From Myxococcales bacterium (GTDB lineage Bacteria > Myxococcota_A > Polyangia > Polyangiales > DASUME01): a stretch of DNA of 64,000 nt. The stretch's first letter is position 1; every line of letters starts with the position of its first letter. The stretch spans positions 4,896,001 to 4,960,000 of the forward strand of contig JASGJH010000001.1 in NCBI GenBank assembly GCA_047601445.1, read 5' to 3'. The translations under genes were made by a program, and so were the position numbers. Of the stretch, positions 1-9,352 are shown in pieces. The notes beneath the pieces were generated by a model. The model saw nothing but the letters and a program-made list of their open reading frames with translations, was not told the DNA's origin and ran no database searches.

Positions 1-766
1 CGGTGCGGATGGCGATGGCTTCACCTGGCTCGAGGTAGACCTCCACGCCGTAGCGAGCCTTGAACGAGCTCACCAGACGCACCAGGAGCTCCAGGTCGTA
101 ACCCGGGCGCGTGATGTGATGACCACCGCCGAAATTCACCCACTTGAGGCCCGGGACGAACTTGCCGAACTTCTGCTCGAAGGCCATCAGGACGCGCTCG
201 AGTGAGTCGGAGCCGAGCTCGCAGAGGGCATGGAAGTGCAGGCCCTCGAGCCCCTTGAGCGCCTCCGGGCGAAACTCCGCGCTGGTCACGCCCAGGCGCG
301 AGTTCGGCGCGCAGGGATCGTAGAGCTCCACGGCCACCTCGCGCTGCTCCGGATTCACACGCAGGCCGCAGGAGGCACCCGCCGCGAGCGCGATGGGGCC
401 GAGCTTCTGCCACTGTGAGACGGAGTTGAACACGATGTGATCGCTGAAGCGCAGCACCTCACGCAGGTCGGCCTCGCTGAAGGCCGGGGCGTAGCAGTGC
501 ACCTCTCCGCCGAGCTCCCGGCGCGCCAGCTCTGCCTCGTGGGGCGAGCTGGCGGTGGCACCCGCCAGGTACTTCTTGATCAACGGGAAGGTGGGAAACG
601 TGGCGAAGCCCTTGAGCGCGAGCAGGATCTTGCAGCCTGCGTCGCGCTGCACCTGGTCGAGGATCTTGAGGTTGTCTTCCAGGGCCGCCATGTCGATGAC
701 CCAACTCGGCGAGTCGGGCACCTGGGCTGGATCGATGGCGAGCATGCCTTTGGAAGGGCGATTCAT
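1..766 (-). CDS. nspC: Carboxynorspermidine/carboxyspermidine decarboxylase, 3' end runs off the window
   Basis: Absent from the ORF track (no stop in window). Manual translation from ATG 766 (RBS GAGGAG at 775-780) gives MNRPSKGMLAIDPAQVPDSPSWVID...KILLALKGF...GLRVNPE...YDPCAPNSRLG...GLHFHALCE...WVNFGGGHHIT...YLEPGEA, the PLP fold-III NspC motifs. It lies directly downstream of the dehydrogenase partner. Confidence 0.92.
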   Translation of the reverse strand, partial: MNRPSKGMLAIDPAQVPDSPSWVIDMAALEDNLKILDQVQRDAGCKILLALKGFATFPTFPLIKKYLAGATASSPHEAELARRELGGEVHCYAPAFSEADLREVLRFSDHIVFNSVSQWQKLGPIALAAGASCGLRVNPEQREVAVELYDPCAPNSRLGVTSAEFRPEALKGLEGLHFHALCELGSDSLERVLMAFEQKFGKFVPGLKWVNFGGGHHITRPGYDLELLVRLVSSFKARYGVEVYLEPGEAIAIRT

Positions 767-795
767 AGCCAATACTCCTCAACTAAAAACGTACG

Positions 796-885
796 CGTGC
801 CCGTGCCCGTACCCGTACACGATGCTCGTTCTCGGTCCGTTCACGATGCTGGGATCGTGTACGGGCACGGGCACGTTTACGGGGA
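796..885. repeat. Intergenic palindromic (REP-like) element, copy 1
   Basis: Left arm CGTGCCCGTGCCCGTACCCGTACACGAT (796-823) and right arm ATCGTGTACGGGCACGGGCACGTTTACGGGGA (854-885). The right arm is shared with copy 2 at 9774-9857. Confidence 0.75.
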
Positions 886-899
886 CCTCTACCCATCCC

Positions 900-2087
900 T
901 CAAAGTTCCTTCACGTGCCAGGGCAGACCGCTCTTGCCCAACAGCTCGAGGAACGGATCCGGATCCATCTGCTCCATGTGCACCACGCCGGCCTTCTTCC
1001 ACTTGCCGCTGATCATCATGGCGCCGCCCACCATGGCCGGTACGCCGGTGGTGTAGCTGACCGCCTGCGCGCGCACTTCCTTGTAGGTCTCGGCGTGATC
1101 GCAAACGTTGTAGATGATGACCTTCTTGGGCTTGCCGTCCTTGATGCCCTCGAAGATGCAGCCGATGCTGGTCTTGCCGGTGTAGTTCTCGGCCAGGCTC
1201 GCCGGATCGGGCAAGAGGCTCTTCAAGAACTCCATCGGGATGACCTCGGTGTCGCGATACTTCACCGGGTCGATGCGCAGCATGCCCACGTTGGCGAGCA
1301 CGCGCAGGTGCGTGAGGTACTCGTCGCCGAAGGTCATCCAGAAGCGGATCTTCTTGAGGCCCTTGACGTGCAGCACGAGGGACTCGAGCTCCTCGTGATA
1401 GATCAGGTAGGCCTTCTTCTCGCCGACGCCCGGAAAGTCGATCATCTGCGAGAACTCCATGGGCTTGGTCTCGACCCACTTGCCGTTCTCCCAGTAGCGC
1501 CCGTTGGCCGTGACCTCGCGCAGGTTGATCTCGGGGTTGAAGTTGGTGGCGAAGGCCTTGCCGTGGCTGCCTGCGTTGCAGTCCACGATGTCCACCGTGT
1601 GGATCTCGTCGAACAGGTGCTTCTGGGCGTAAGCACAGAATACGTTGGTAACGCCCGGGTCGAAGCCCGAACCGAGCAGCGCCATCAAGCCGGCCTTCTG
1701 GTAGCGCTCCTGATAGGCCCACTGCCACTTGTACTCGAACTTGGCCACGTCGCGCGGCTCGTAGTTCGCCGTGTCGAGGTAGGGCACGCCGGCCTCGAGG
1801 CACGCGTCCATCAAGGGCAGGTCCTGGTAGGGCAAGGCCACGTTGAGCAGCAGGTCGGGCTTGACCTTCTTCATCAAGGCAACGGTCTCGGCCACGTTGT
1901 CGGCGTCGACCTTCTCCACCTTGATCTCGCGGCCCTGGAGCTCCTTGACCTGGTCCCGGATCTTCTCCGCGCGCGACAGGGTGCGACTGGCGAGCACGAC
2001 CTCGCTGAACACATCCTTTTGCTGAGCGCACTTATGCGCCACAACACCGCCCACACCACCAGCACCAACGATGAGAACCCGACCCAT
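900..2087 (-). CDS. Carboxynorspermidine dehydrogenase (saccharopine dehydrogenase family)
   Basis: Rossmann start MGRVLIVGAGGVG, plus NVALPYQDL, YLDTANYE, GSGFDPG, TNFNPEINLRE, HEELESL and QAVSYTTGVPA. Adjacent to nspC. Start moved to ATG 2087 (2093 is possible). Confidence 0.92.
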   Translation of the reverse strand: MGRVLIVGAGGVGGVVAHKCAQQKDVFSEVVLASRTLSRAEKIRDQVKELQGREIKVEKVDADNVAETVALMKKVKPDLLLNVALPYQDLPLMDACLEAGVPYLDTANYEPRDVAKFEYKWQWAYQERYQKAGLMALLGSGFDPGVTNVFCAYAQKHLFDEIHTVDIVDCNAGSHGKAFATNFNPEINLREVTANGRYWENGKWVETKPMEFSQMIDFPGVGEKKAYLIYHEELESLVLHVKGLKKIRFWMTFGDEYLTHLRVLANVGMLRIDPVKYRDTEVIPMEFLKSLLPDPASLAENYTGKTSIGCIFEGIKDGKPKKVIIYNVCDHAETYKEVRAQAVSYTTGVPAMVGGAMMISGKWKKAGVVHMEQMDPDPFLELLGKSGLPWHVKEL

Positions 2088-2521
2088 GACCATCCTCGCT
2101 TCTCGTGGGGCGCGCTCGCCCACCTGGTCTCGGCGGGGTGAATAGCCCCTGTGGGGGCCCCTGACAATAAGGGCCGTAAGGATTTGACCAGCTCGCCACT
2201 TTTCCCGAGCTAGCAAGGCTTTTTCGGGAGCCTGCGCGCGCCTCGATCCGGGCCTTGTACGGGTGATACGGGAGCCCCGCGCGCTCGGCGCCGGGGGCGG
2301 GCCCGCTGCTGCGCCAGGGCGCCGTCACTCGACCTCGGGTATCCGCTGCTCGCCCCTGCGCGACTCCCAGGTCCACGCGGCCGCGCGCGACAATCTCGGA
2401 TCGCGTCGGTGACGGCACGCGGTCCATGCGTGACATGTTGATCGCAGCGCGGGGCCCGCATTGACGGCTGGATCGCCGCTCGGATAGCAGTCTTCGCGCG
2501 CATCGAAGCGCGCGGGGGACA

Positions 2522-4588
2522 ATGAGCACGAACAAGGTTTCGCGACGCAAATTCCTACACTCGGCGGCCGGCACCGGAGGCGCAGCACTGCTCGGCGGCG
2601 TGGCGCTGGGCCAAGCCAAGCAGGCCTCGGCCGCCACGGGCACCATCCAGGACGTGAAGCACATCGTGATTCTCATGCAGGAGAATCGCAGCTTCGATCA
2701 CTACTTCGGCTGTCTGCGCGGCGTGCGCGGCTTCGCCGACAAGAGCACCATCTTGCTCTCCGGATCGTACTCGGTGTTCAACCAGCCCAACGGTTCGGGC
2801 CGGCAGTATCCGTTCCCGCTGCGCATGCCCAGCGGCAACCCCGATCCCGAAACCCTCGCGCAGTGCCAGGGCGACATTCCCCACGGCTGGTCCGACCAGC
2901 ACGCGGCCTGGAACCTCGGGAAGCTCGACAAGTGGATGGCCGCCAAGAACAAGATCGGCTGCCTCGGCTACCTCGACCGCACGGACTTGCCCTTTCACTA
3001 CGCGCTCGCCGACGCCTACACGATCTGCGACGCCTATCACTGTTCCGGTCTCACCGCGACCGGCCCCAACCGCACGTTCCTGTGGAGCGGGATGATCGAC
3101 GCCGCAGGGCAGTTCGGCAGCCCCGCCAACGACGGCGGCGACGAGTCGAACCTCACCTGGCAGACCTACGCCGAGGTGCTGCAGAACGCCGGCATCAGCT
3201 GGAAGGTCTACCAGGACGCTCAAAACAACTACGGCGACAACGGACTCGCCTACTTCAAGCAGTTCACGTCGGCCCCGGCCAACTCCCCGCTGCGACAGCG
3301 CGGCATGGGAGACGTGCCCGTGGTCACCGGCAACACGCCCAAGGACATCATCGCCGCGATCAAGAACGACGTGCTGAACCACACGCTACCCGAGGTGAGC
3401 TGGGTGGTCACCGACCAGATCACCTCCGAGCATCCCATCGGGCCCCCGGTCAACGGCGCGAATTTCGTGTACGACCTGATGCAGGCGCTCAACGCCGACT
3501 CGGCCACACTCGACTCCACCGTGGTCTTCGTGAACTACGACGAGAACGACGGCTTCTTCGACCACGTGCCGCCGCCCGTGCCCGCGGCAGGCACCACCGG
3601 TGAGTTCGTCGGCAGCACCCCGGTAGGCCTCGGCTTCCGCGTGCCCATGCTGGTGATCTCCCCGTGGAGCCGCGGCGGCTACGTGAGCTCCGAGGTGTTC
3701 GACCACACCTCCGTGATCCAGTTCATGGAAAGGTGGAGCGCCGCTACGGGCCGCCCCGCGAACTGCCAGTACATCAGCGCCTGGCGCCGCAAGGTCTGCG
3801 GCGACCTGACGTCCACCTTCGACTTCACGCAGCCGACCTACGGTCTGCCCAGCCTGCCGCAGCCGGGTCCGGTGATCTCGAGCGCCACGTGCTCGCCGCT
3901 ACCCAATCCCACGCCCACCACCAACGCGCAGCCCACCCAGGAGAGCGGGACGCGGCCGGCGCGCGCCCTGCCCTACCAGGCCAACGCCAGCGTCACGCAG
4001 TGGGACTTCCTCGCCAGCAACAAGATCCAACTCTGGATCACCATGAGCAACGAAGGCCCGCTGGCTACCAAGAGCGCCCACTACGCGGTGTACGCCAACG
4101 CCTTCCGCACCGGAGGTCCCTGGCAGTACACGGTGCCGGCGTACGACCCCGCGACCCAGACCAACGGCTCGACGCGTGACTTCTTCAACGTCGGCCAGGG
4201 CTACGGCAACGGCAAGTACGACCTCACGGTGGTGGGGCCCAACCGCTTCCTGCGCAGGCTCACGGGCGACGCCAAGGGCGCGGCCAAGAATCTCGAAGTG
4301 GTCTCGTCCTTCGGCGTCGCGGCGAACACGGGCAAGAACGCCATCTGGTTCGCCATGCAGAACGGCTCGGGAGGAGCGGCCACCTTCACCATTCGCTCCA
4401 ACGCCTATCGCTCGGACGGTCCCTGGACCTACAGCGTGGCGGCCGGCCAGACCGTGAGCGATTACTTCAACGCGGTGGCCTACAACAACGGCTGGTACGA
4501 CTTCACGGTCACGAACAACCTCGACAGCAGCTGGTCGCGGCGCTTCGTGGGGCACATCGAGACGGGCTTGGTCAGCGTCTCGGGTTGA
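2522..4588 (+). CDS. Phosphocholine-specific phospholipase C (phosphoesterase family), Tat-exported, with C-terminal DUF756-type repeats
   Basis: Tat motif SRRKFL then a hydrophobic stretch and ASA cleavage site. Also ILMQENRSFDHYFG, TGPNR, SEHP, YDENDGFFDHVPPP, GLGFRVP, FDHTS, and two C-terminal YDLTV/YDFTV repeats. Confidence 0.9.
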   Translation: MSTNKVSRRKFLHSAAGTGGAALLGGVALGQAKQASAATGTIQDVKHIVILMQENRSFDHYFGCLRGVRGFADKSTILLSGSYSVFNQPNGSGRQYPFPLRMPSGNPDPETLAQCQGDIPHGWSDQHAAWNLGKLDKWMAAKNKIGCLGYLDRTDLPFHYALADAYTICDAYHCSGLTATGPNRTFLWSGMIDAAGQFGSPANDGGDESNLTWQTYAEVLQNAGISWKVYQDAQNNYGDNGLAYFKQFTSAPANSPLRQRGMGDVPVVTGNTPKDIIAAIKNDVLNHTLPEVSWVVTDQITSEHPIGPPVNGANFVYDLMQALNADSATLDSTVVFVNYDENDGFFDHVPPPVPAAGTTGEFVGSTPVGLGFRVPMLVISPWSRGGYVSSEVFDHTSVIQFMERWSAATGRPANCQYISAWRRKVCGDLTSTFDFTQPTYGLPSLPQPGPVISSATCSPLPNPTPTTNAQPTQESGTRPARALPYQANASVTQWDFLASNKIQLWITMSNEGPLATKSAHYAVYANAFRTGGPWQYTVPAYDPATQTNGSTRDFFNVGQGYGNGKYDLTVVGPNRFLRRLTGDAKGAAKNLEVVSSFGVAANTGKNAIWFAMQNGSGGAATFTIRSNAYRSDGPWTYSVAAGQTVSDYFNAVAYNNGWYDFTVTNNLDSSWSRRFVGHIETGLVSVSG

Positions 4589-4660
4589 CCGGTCGTCAGC
4601 TCGGTGGTGGTCGTGGACTTTGACAGCGACGGTGTGCGTGGCCGCTCCTCAGGTTGACGA

Positions 4661-4795
4661 TGAGCAACCGGAGACATGGGTAACGTTTTAGACCGGGCAC
4701 ATGGGTGACACTTTTCATCCCACGGAGGCGATGGGCTCGGGGCCTAGGGGAAACAGCTTGGCTGTTCGCAGATCCAGGACTCCTAAGTCGAAGTC
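4661..4795 (-). mobile_element. Remnant right end of an IS481-family-like insertion sequence
   Basis: TGAGCAACCGGAGACATGGGTAAC...CCGGGCACATGGGTGACACTTTT contains a doubled ACATGGGTRAC subterminal motif. A minus-strand fragment FDLGVLDLRTAKLFPLGPEPIASVG* stops right at it. No transposase core is present. Confidence 0.55.
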
Positions 4796-5585
4796 AACGT
4801 GGCGGCCTTGCACGGCACGGGGCCTGAAAGGCCGACGCCCTCAGGCCAACAACACGCGGCCCAACACCGACACGAAGAAGTCGATGAAGCGCTCGCGCGG
4901 ACCGATTCTCGGATTGCCCGAGCAGTCCGGGGCGCGCGCGCGAGCTCAGGGCCAAGGTGGGCAGGGCCGTGATCACCGCCAGGGCCAGGACGCGCACGTC
5001 GACGTCGCTGCGCACCAGGCCGCGCTCGCGCAGGATGCCCACGGCCGCCTCGATGAGCATCATCACGTTGGAGCGCAGGGTCTCCTCCGCGTCGAGCACC
5101 TCCTCGGGCCCCTCGAGCAGCCGGAACAGCCAGAGCCGAATGAAGGACTGGTTCTCCTCCAGGTAGTCGTAGCCCCGCTCGATGAGTCCGCGGACCTCGG
5201 AGACCAACTCCTCGGCGTTCCGGGCCAGGGGCAGGCGGAGGAGCAAAGGTCCCAACGACTGTTGGAAGTGTTCGTAGCCGTCCTGGTAGACCTCGGTGAA
5301 CAGGGCGGCCTTATTGCCCACGTGGTACTTGAGGGTCGCGATGTCGATTCCGGCGGTCTCGGCGATCCGCCGGAGGGACGCCCCTTCGAACCCGTCCCGG
5401 GCGAAAACTTCGGTGGCAGCGGCCAGGACCCGTGCGCGCGTTTCTAGCCCATCTGAGCGAATTTTGCGCGGTTTTTCATACTTGCTCCCACCTTCGCCGA
5501 CTCCCTTCCGGGAGCCTATCGGGCGCGATGTAGGAGCAGTTTTGGTGTGGGGCTTCGCGGACTTGTCGCGCTTGGCAGACGCCAT
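4794..5585 (-). CDS. TetR/AcrR family regulator, probable +1 frameshift near the C-terminus (alternative stop at 4841)
   Basis: HTH TRARVLAAATEVFARDGFEGASLRRIAETAGIDIATLKYHVGNKAALF. Divergent from 5708. The +1 frame gives a helical ending ERFIDFFVSVLGRVLLA*. Confidence 0.88.
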   Translation of the reverse strand: MASAKRDKSAKPHTKTAPTSRPIGSRKGVGEGGSKYEKPRKIRSDGLETRARVLAAATEVFARDGFEGASLRRIAETAGIDIATLKYHVGNKAALFTEVYQDGYEHFQQSLGPLLLRLPLARNAEELVSEVRGLIERGYDYLEENQSFIRLWLFRLLEGPEEVLDAEETLRSNVMMLIEAAVGILRERGLVRSDVDVRVLALAVITALPTLALSSRARPGLLGQSENRSARALHRLLRVGVGPRVVGLRASAFQAPCRARPPR

Positions 5586-5629
5586 GGGAAGTACCAGGTG
5601 TACCATCCCTTAGGACCCCCCGCATGATT

Positions 5630-5684
5630 TGGAACTTGCCAAGCGGTTCCATTGTCGCACATACTTCCAACACGTGATGGAAGT
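5630..5684. promoter_or_regulatory. Candidate TetR operator palindromes
   Basis: ACTTCCA-A-CACGTG-A-TGGAAGT (5663-5684) is a near-perfect 22-bp palindrome, and TGGAAC-N10-GTTCCA lies at 5630-5651. Both sit between the divergent TetR and diiron genes. Confidence 0.5.
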
Positions 5685-5707
5685 CGAGCGCGTGAGAATG
5701 AGCGCTG

Positions 5708-6916
5708 GTGACTTCCTTCGATGAGGTGGAGACCATGCAGTTCGACAAGATCCGAGTCAGCCCCACGACCACCCGCAACGTGCGCAAGGTGGAAGCCACG
5801 GCTAACCGTGTCGTTCGTAGCGTGGACCGCATCCTCGGAAAGCTCCGGCTCGGCGGCCGCAAGGCCCCCTACGACGACACCAGCTACGAGTTCCTGGGCG
5901 GCTCCGCGGACACCCTGCGCAAGAAGCACTACGACAAGAGCCTCCGCCTCCTGTGGAAGGCCGAAGATCAGGCCCCCTACCTCGGGTTCAAGGACTGCAC
6001 CGTGGTGGAGAAGCAGCTCCACGAGATGGCCTTCCGCGGCATGAACGACGAGGAGAAGGCCCAGCTCTCGCGCCTCTCCACCCGCGAGTACAAGACCCTG
6101 CTCGACCGCGAGTACACCCTGCGCGAGAAGCAGGCCATCGTATCCATCCTGTCGGCCATCGGCCACGGCGAGGCCTACGCCTGGCTGGTCTCGGCGCAGC
6201 TCCTGGCCGAGGTGCAGAGCACCGGCGCACGCGCCGCGCTCACCATGCAGGTGCTCGAGGAGGCCAAGCACTTCCTGGTGCTGCGCGAACTCGTGCGGGC
6301 CTTCGACGTGGAGATCCCACGCCTCACCGCCCCCGAGTACCTGATGCTCGAGCAGGTGATCAAGGCCAAGGGCACCGAGAAGCTGTTCGGCATGAACGTG
6401 GTGGTCGAGGGCATCGCGCTCGGCATCTTCGGCATGATGAGCCACCTGCCCGGGCTCGAAGTGCTGCGCCTCTTCCACCTGGACGAGTCGCGCCACACCG
6501 GCCTGCCCAACAACTACTTCCGCGAGTTCCCGCTGGCCAACGGTCAGCGCAAGCATCCGCTGCGCCGCCTGCGTAGGCTCGGCATGCTGGTCCCCGCGCT
6601 GCTCTTGATCCCCATGCTCGAGGACGACCTGGCGGAGCTCGGCATCGACGTGTTCGAGTTCGGTGGCTCGGTGATCCGCAAGATCGGCGTGCTGGCCAAG
6701 CGCAACAACTTCGACCTGCCCGCCGACACGGACACCCTGCTCGGCCTGGTGAACAAGGGCATCAACGCCTACGGCGATCTGGCGCGTCCGAACCACGTGC
6801 GTCGCGACTACATCCACGGTGAGACCACGCGCGGCGTCGACGAGCTCGAGGTCGAGGGCGAAGTGTTCGAGGGCAAGACCGCGAGCGCCCGCGCACAGCG
6901 CATCCGCGCGGCCTGA
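5708..6916 (+). CDS. Ferritin-like diiron carboxylate protein of unknown substrate
   Basis: Four-helix-bundle ligand pattern E (GHGEAY)...EEAKH...E (VVEGI)...DESRH. Start may be ATG 5735. Confidence 0.8.
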   Translation: MTSFDEVETMQFDKIRVSPTTTRNVRKVEATANRVVRSVDRILGKLRLGGRKAPYDDTSYEFLGGSADTLRKKHYDKSLRLLWKAEDQAPYLGFKDCTVVEKQLHEMAFRGMNDEEKAQLSRLSTREYKTLLDREYTLREKQAIVSILSAIGHGEAYAWLVSAQLLAEVQSTGARAALTMQVLEEAKHFLVLRELVRAFDVEIPRLTAPEYLMLEQVIKAKGTEKLFGMNVVVEGIALGIFGMMSHLPGLEVLRLFHLDESRHTGLPNNYFREFPLANGQRKHPLRRLRRLGMLVPALLLIPMLEDDLAELGIDVFEFGGSVIRKIGVLAKRNNFDLPADTDTLLGLVNKGINAYGDLARPNHVRRDYIHGETTRGVDELEVEGEVFEGKTASARAQRIRAA

Positions 6917-6944
6917 TTTCCGAGCCCGGGAAGCGCCGCCATCG

Positions 6945-6988
6945 AAGCCCCGCTGCGACCATGAGTCGCACGGGGTTTTCGTTTTTTT
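6945..6988 (+). terminator. Intrinsic terminator after the diiron gene
   Basis: Stem AAGCCCCG-C-TGCGAC / GTCGCA-CGGGGTT with a CATGA loop, followed by TTCGTTTTTTT. Confidence 0.75.
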
Positions 6989-7170
6989 GCCGCCTTGCCG
7001 ATCGCGAGCGTGCGGGTGGACGGCGTGCGTGAGCGAGCTTTGCCTTCGGTCGCGCGGGGCGATGTGGACGCAACGTGAGACCGAGGGCGCTCACGCACGC
7101 CGTCGCCGTTCAAGTCAAAGTCGACGACGCCGACCAATGTCGACGTGAGAAGGTTCGCGGCTGCAGCGCG

Positions 7171-7206
7171 TGGCCCGCTCTCACCAAAACATGGCCCGTG
7201 CACACC
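7171..7206 (+). promoter_or_regulatory. Tandem direct-repeat activator site (AraC-type), copy A
   Basis: TGGCCCGCTCTCACC (7171) and TGGCCCGTGCACACC (7192), period 21 bp. The same motif and spacing occur at 11725/11746. Confidence 0.7.
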
Positions 7207-7254
7207 TTATGAAGCGTGCGCTTCGGTGGCACTGTGATGTGGTGTGAGGTGCTT

Positions 7255-8091
7255 GTGTCCAGGATCGATGCAGTCAAAGTTCGCAATCTCAAGTTCGATG
7301 TGGTGGGCAGCGACGTGCCGCGTTACTGGCACGGCGATCGCCGTGCGGTGACCTTGTTCTTCAACAACCTCTCCATCTTCTTTCCGGTGGGCGAGCGCTT
7401 CTTCATCAAGACCGTCAAGGACCACAAGCACTTCGTGAAAGACGAGAAGCTCGCGCAGGAGGTCAAGACCTTCTATGCGCAAGAGGGCATCCACAGCCGC
7501 GAGCACGAGGACTACAACGAGATGCTGCGCCGCCAGGGATATCCCGTGGCCAAGATGGAGGGCCGCATCGCCACGCTGCTCAAGGTGGTGAGCACGCTGA
7601 TCTGGCTGCGGGCCCAGCTCGCGGTGACCTGCGCGCTCGAGCACTTCACGGCCCTGATGGCCCACTGGCTCTTGCTCGACGAACGGAACCTCGAGGGCGC
7701 GCACCCCAAGATGGCCGCGCTCTGGCGCTGGCACGCCGCCGAGGAGAACGAGCACAAGTCGGTGGCGTTCGACGTGTTCCGCGCCGCAGGCGGGCTCTAC
7801 GTGGAGCGCGTGTTGGTGATGTTCTTCGCGACCCTGATCTTCTGGGGTCTGGTCCTGGTACAGCAGGTACAGCTGATGTGGCACGACGGCATCTTGTTCT
7901 CTGCGCGTGAGTGGTCCCAGCTGCTCGTGTTTTGGTTCCGCCGCGGTGGTCTGATTCAGTCGCTTACCCCGATGTACTTCTCCTACTACCGCCCGGGCTT
8001 CGAGCCCTGGGAGCTCGACAACGCCGAGATGCTGACCGCCTTTCAGCGTGAGCTCGACAACTCGAGTATGTATCAGGAATACGCGCGATGA
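7255..8091 (+). CDS. 'Predicted metal-dependent hydrolase' family (ferritin-like diiron fold) protein, paralogue 1
   Basis: FPVGERFF, QEGIHSREH, TCALEHFTA and WHAAEENEHK. Start set at GTG 7255 after GAGGT, which matches the paralogue N-terminus. ATGA overlap with the reductase. Confidence 0.85.
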   Translation: MSRIDAVKVRNLKFDVVGSDVPRYWHGDRRAVTLFFNNLSIFFPVGERFFIKTVKDHKHFVKDEKLAQEVKTFYAQEGIHSREHEDYNEMLRRQGYPVAKMEGRIATLLKVVSTLIWLRAQLAVTCALEHFTALMAHWLLLDERNLEGAHPKMAALWRWHAAEENEHKSVAFDVFRAAGGLYVERVLVMFFATLIFWGLVLVQQVQLMWHDGILFSAREWSQLLVFWFRRGGLIQSLTPMYFSYYRPGFEPWELDNAEMLTAFQRELDNSSMYQEYAR

Positions 8092-9233
8092 ACGCGTTCA
8101 AGCAGTTCGCGGCACGCCTGTTCGGGCGCGCGGCGGTGCCCGAAGAAAAGCCCACTCCAGAGTTGCGCGACGTGTCGGCGAAGCCCGCGTGGCGCTCGTT
8201 GCGCATTACGCGCGTGGTGCAGGAGACGCCGGACTCGCGCGTGCTGTACCTGGAGGACATCTCGGGCGCGCCCATCGAGTTCGAGAGCGGACAGTTCCTT
8301 ACGCTGGCAGTGCAGCTTCCCAACGAGCGCCTCTTGCGCTCCTACTCCATCTGCACGGCTCCCCATTCGGGTGCGGTCGCAGTCGGCGTCAAGCGCGTGC
8401 AGGGCGGTCGAGCCTCGAACTACCTCAACGAGAGTGCCAAGGTCGGCGACGTGTTGGAGGCACGCGGTCCGAACGGACGCTTCGTGCTCGCTCCCGCGTC
8501 GCAGCCTCGGCGTGTGTGCCTGATCGCCGGCGGCAGCGGCATCACTCCCTTGCTTAGCCACGCACGGCACCTCCTCGAGCGGGAGCCCGACACCAGTGTC
8601 GCCATGATCTACGGCAACCGCAGCGAGTCCGACGTGATGTTCCGCGGCGAGCTCGAGCGGCTGTGGGAGCGCTACCCCGAGCGCTTCGTGCTGCGCCACG
8701 TGCTCAGCGAACCGCGGGGTGGAATCTCCTGCACGCGCGGCATCCTGGACGCGCTCACGTTGCGGGACGAGCTGGCGCGGCTGCCGCTCGGCCAGAGCCC
8801 GGAGACGACGTACCTGGTGTGCGGACCCGAGCCCATGATGGATGCCGCCCTCGACACCCTGGCGGCAGCCGGCGTGCCGCGTGCACGGGTGCTCGAGGAG
8901 CGCTTCGTGAACACGCTCACGCCGGGCGCAGGCGAGCCTGCACGCCTCGAGGGCAAGGAGGCGAGCCTGAGGCTCACGGTGCTCGCCCAGGGCAGCGAGA
9001 AGAGCGTGAGCCTGGCCCCCGGAGAAACCCTGCTAGACGCCGCCATGCGCGGCGGCGTGGTGCTCGACTACTCGTGCGCTACCGGCGCCTGCGGCACCTG
9101 TATGGCGCGCCTGGTGGAGGGCTCGGTGGAGCTCGACGAACCCCACTGCCTGAGCGACGGCGAGCGCAAGCAAGGCATGATCCTGCCCTGCGTGTCGCGC
9201 GCCACCAGCGCCTGCCGGATCCAAACGCTCTAG
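8088..9233 (+). CDS. FAD/NAD(P)-binding oxidoreductase with C-terminal [2Fe-2S] ferredoxin (PaaE/KshB-like oxygenase reductase)
   Basis: GQFLTL, RSYSI, GRASNYL, IAGGSGITP, YGNR and CGPEPMM, then C-x4-C-x2-C...C (SCATGACGTC...LPC). Confidence 0.92.
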   Translation: MNAFKQFAARLFGRAAVPEEKPTPELRDVSAKPAWRSLRITRVVQETPDSRVLYLEDISGAPIEFESGQFLTLAVQLPNERLLRSYSICTAPHSGAVAVGVKRVQGGRASNYLNESAKVGDVLEARGPNGRFVLAPASQPRRVCLIAGGSGITPLLSHARHLLEREPDTSVAMIYGNRSESDVMFRGELERLWERYPERFVLRHVLSEPRGGISCTRGILDALTLRDELARLPLGQSPETTYLVCGPEPMMDAALDTLAAAGVPRARVLEERFVNTLTPGAGEPARLEGKEASLRLTVLAQGSEKSVSLAPGETLLDAAMRGGVVLDYSCATGACGTCMARLVEGSVELDEPHCLSDGERKQGMILPCVSRATSACRIQTL

Positions 9234-9352
9234 CAGTGCGCTGACGGCGACGGCGACGGTCCCCCACCGGCTCCCAGAATCGCCGACGCTAACCATCCCT
9301 AGCCCCCTAGGCCCCCTTGCGGAGCGCCTGCGGGCAGGTCACGACCTAACAC

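Noticed and set aside
555..2141. 528-aa plus-strand ORF, and similar long shadows at 16745-18262, 40874-42301, 49162-51033 and 51468-52889
   Set aside because: Each lies antisense to a gene with clear family motifs and has the V/L/G/H-rich composition typical of reverse-frame translation.
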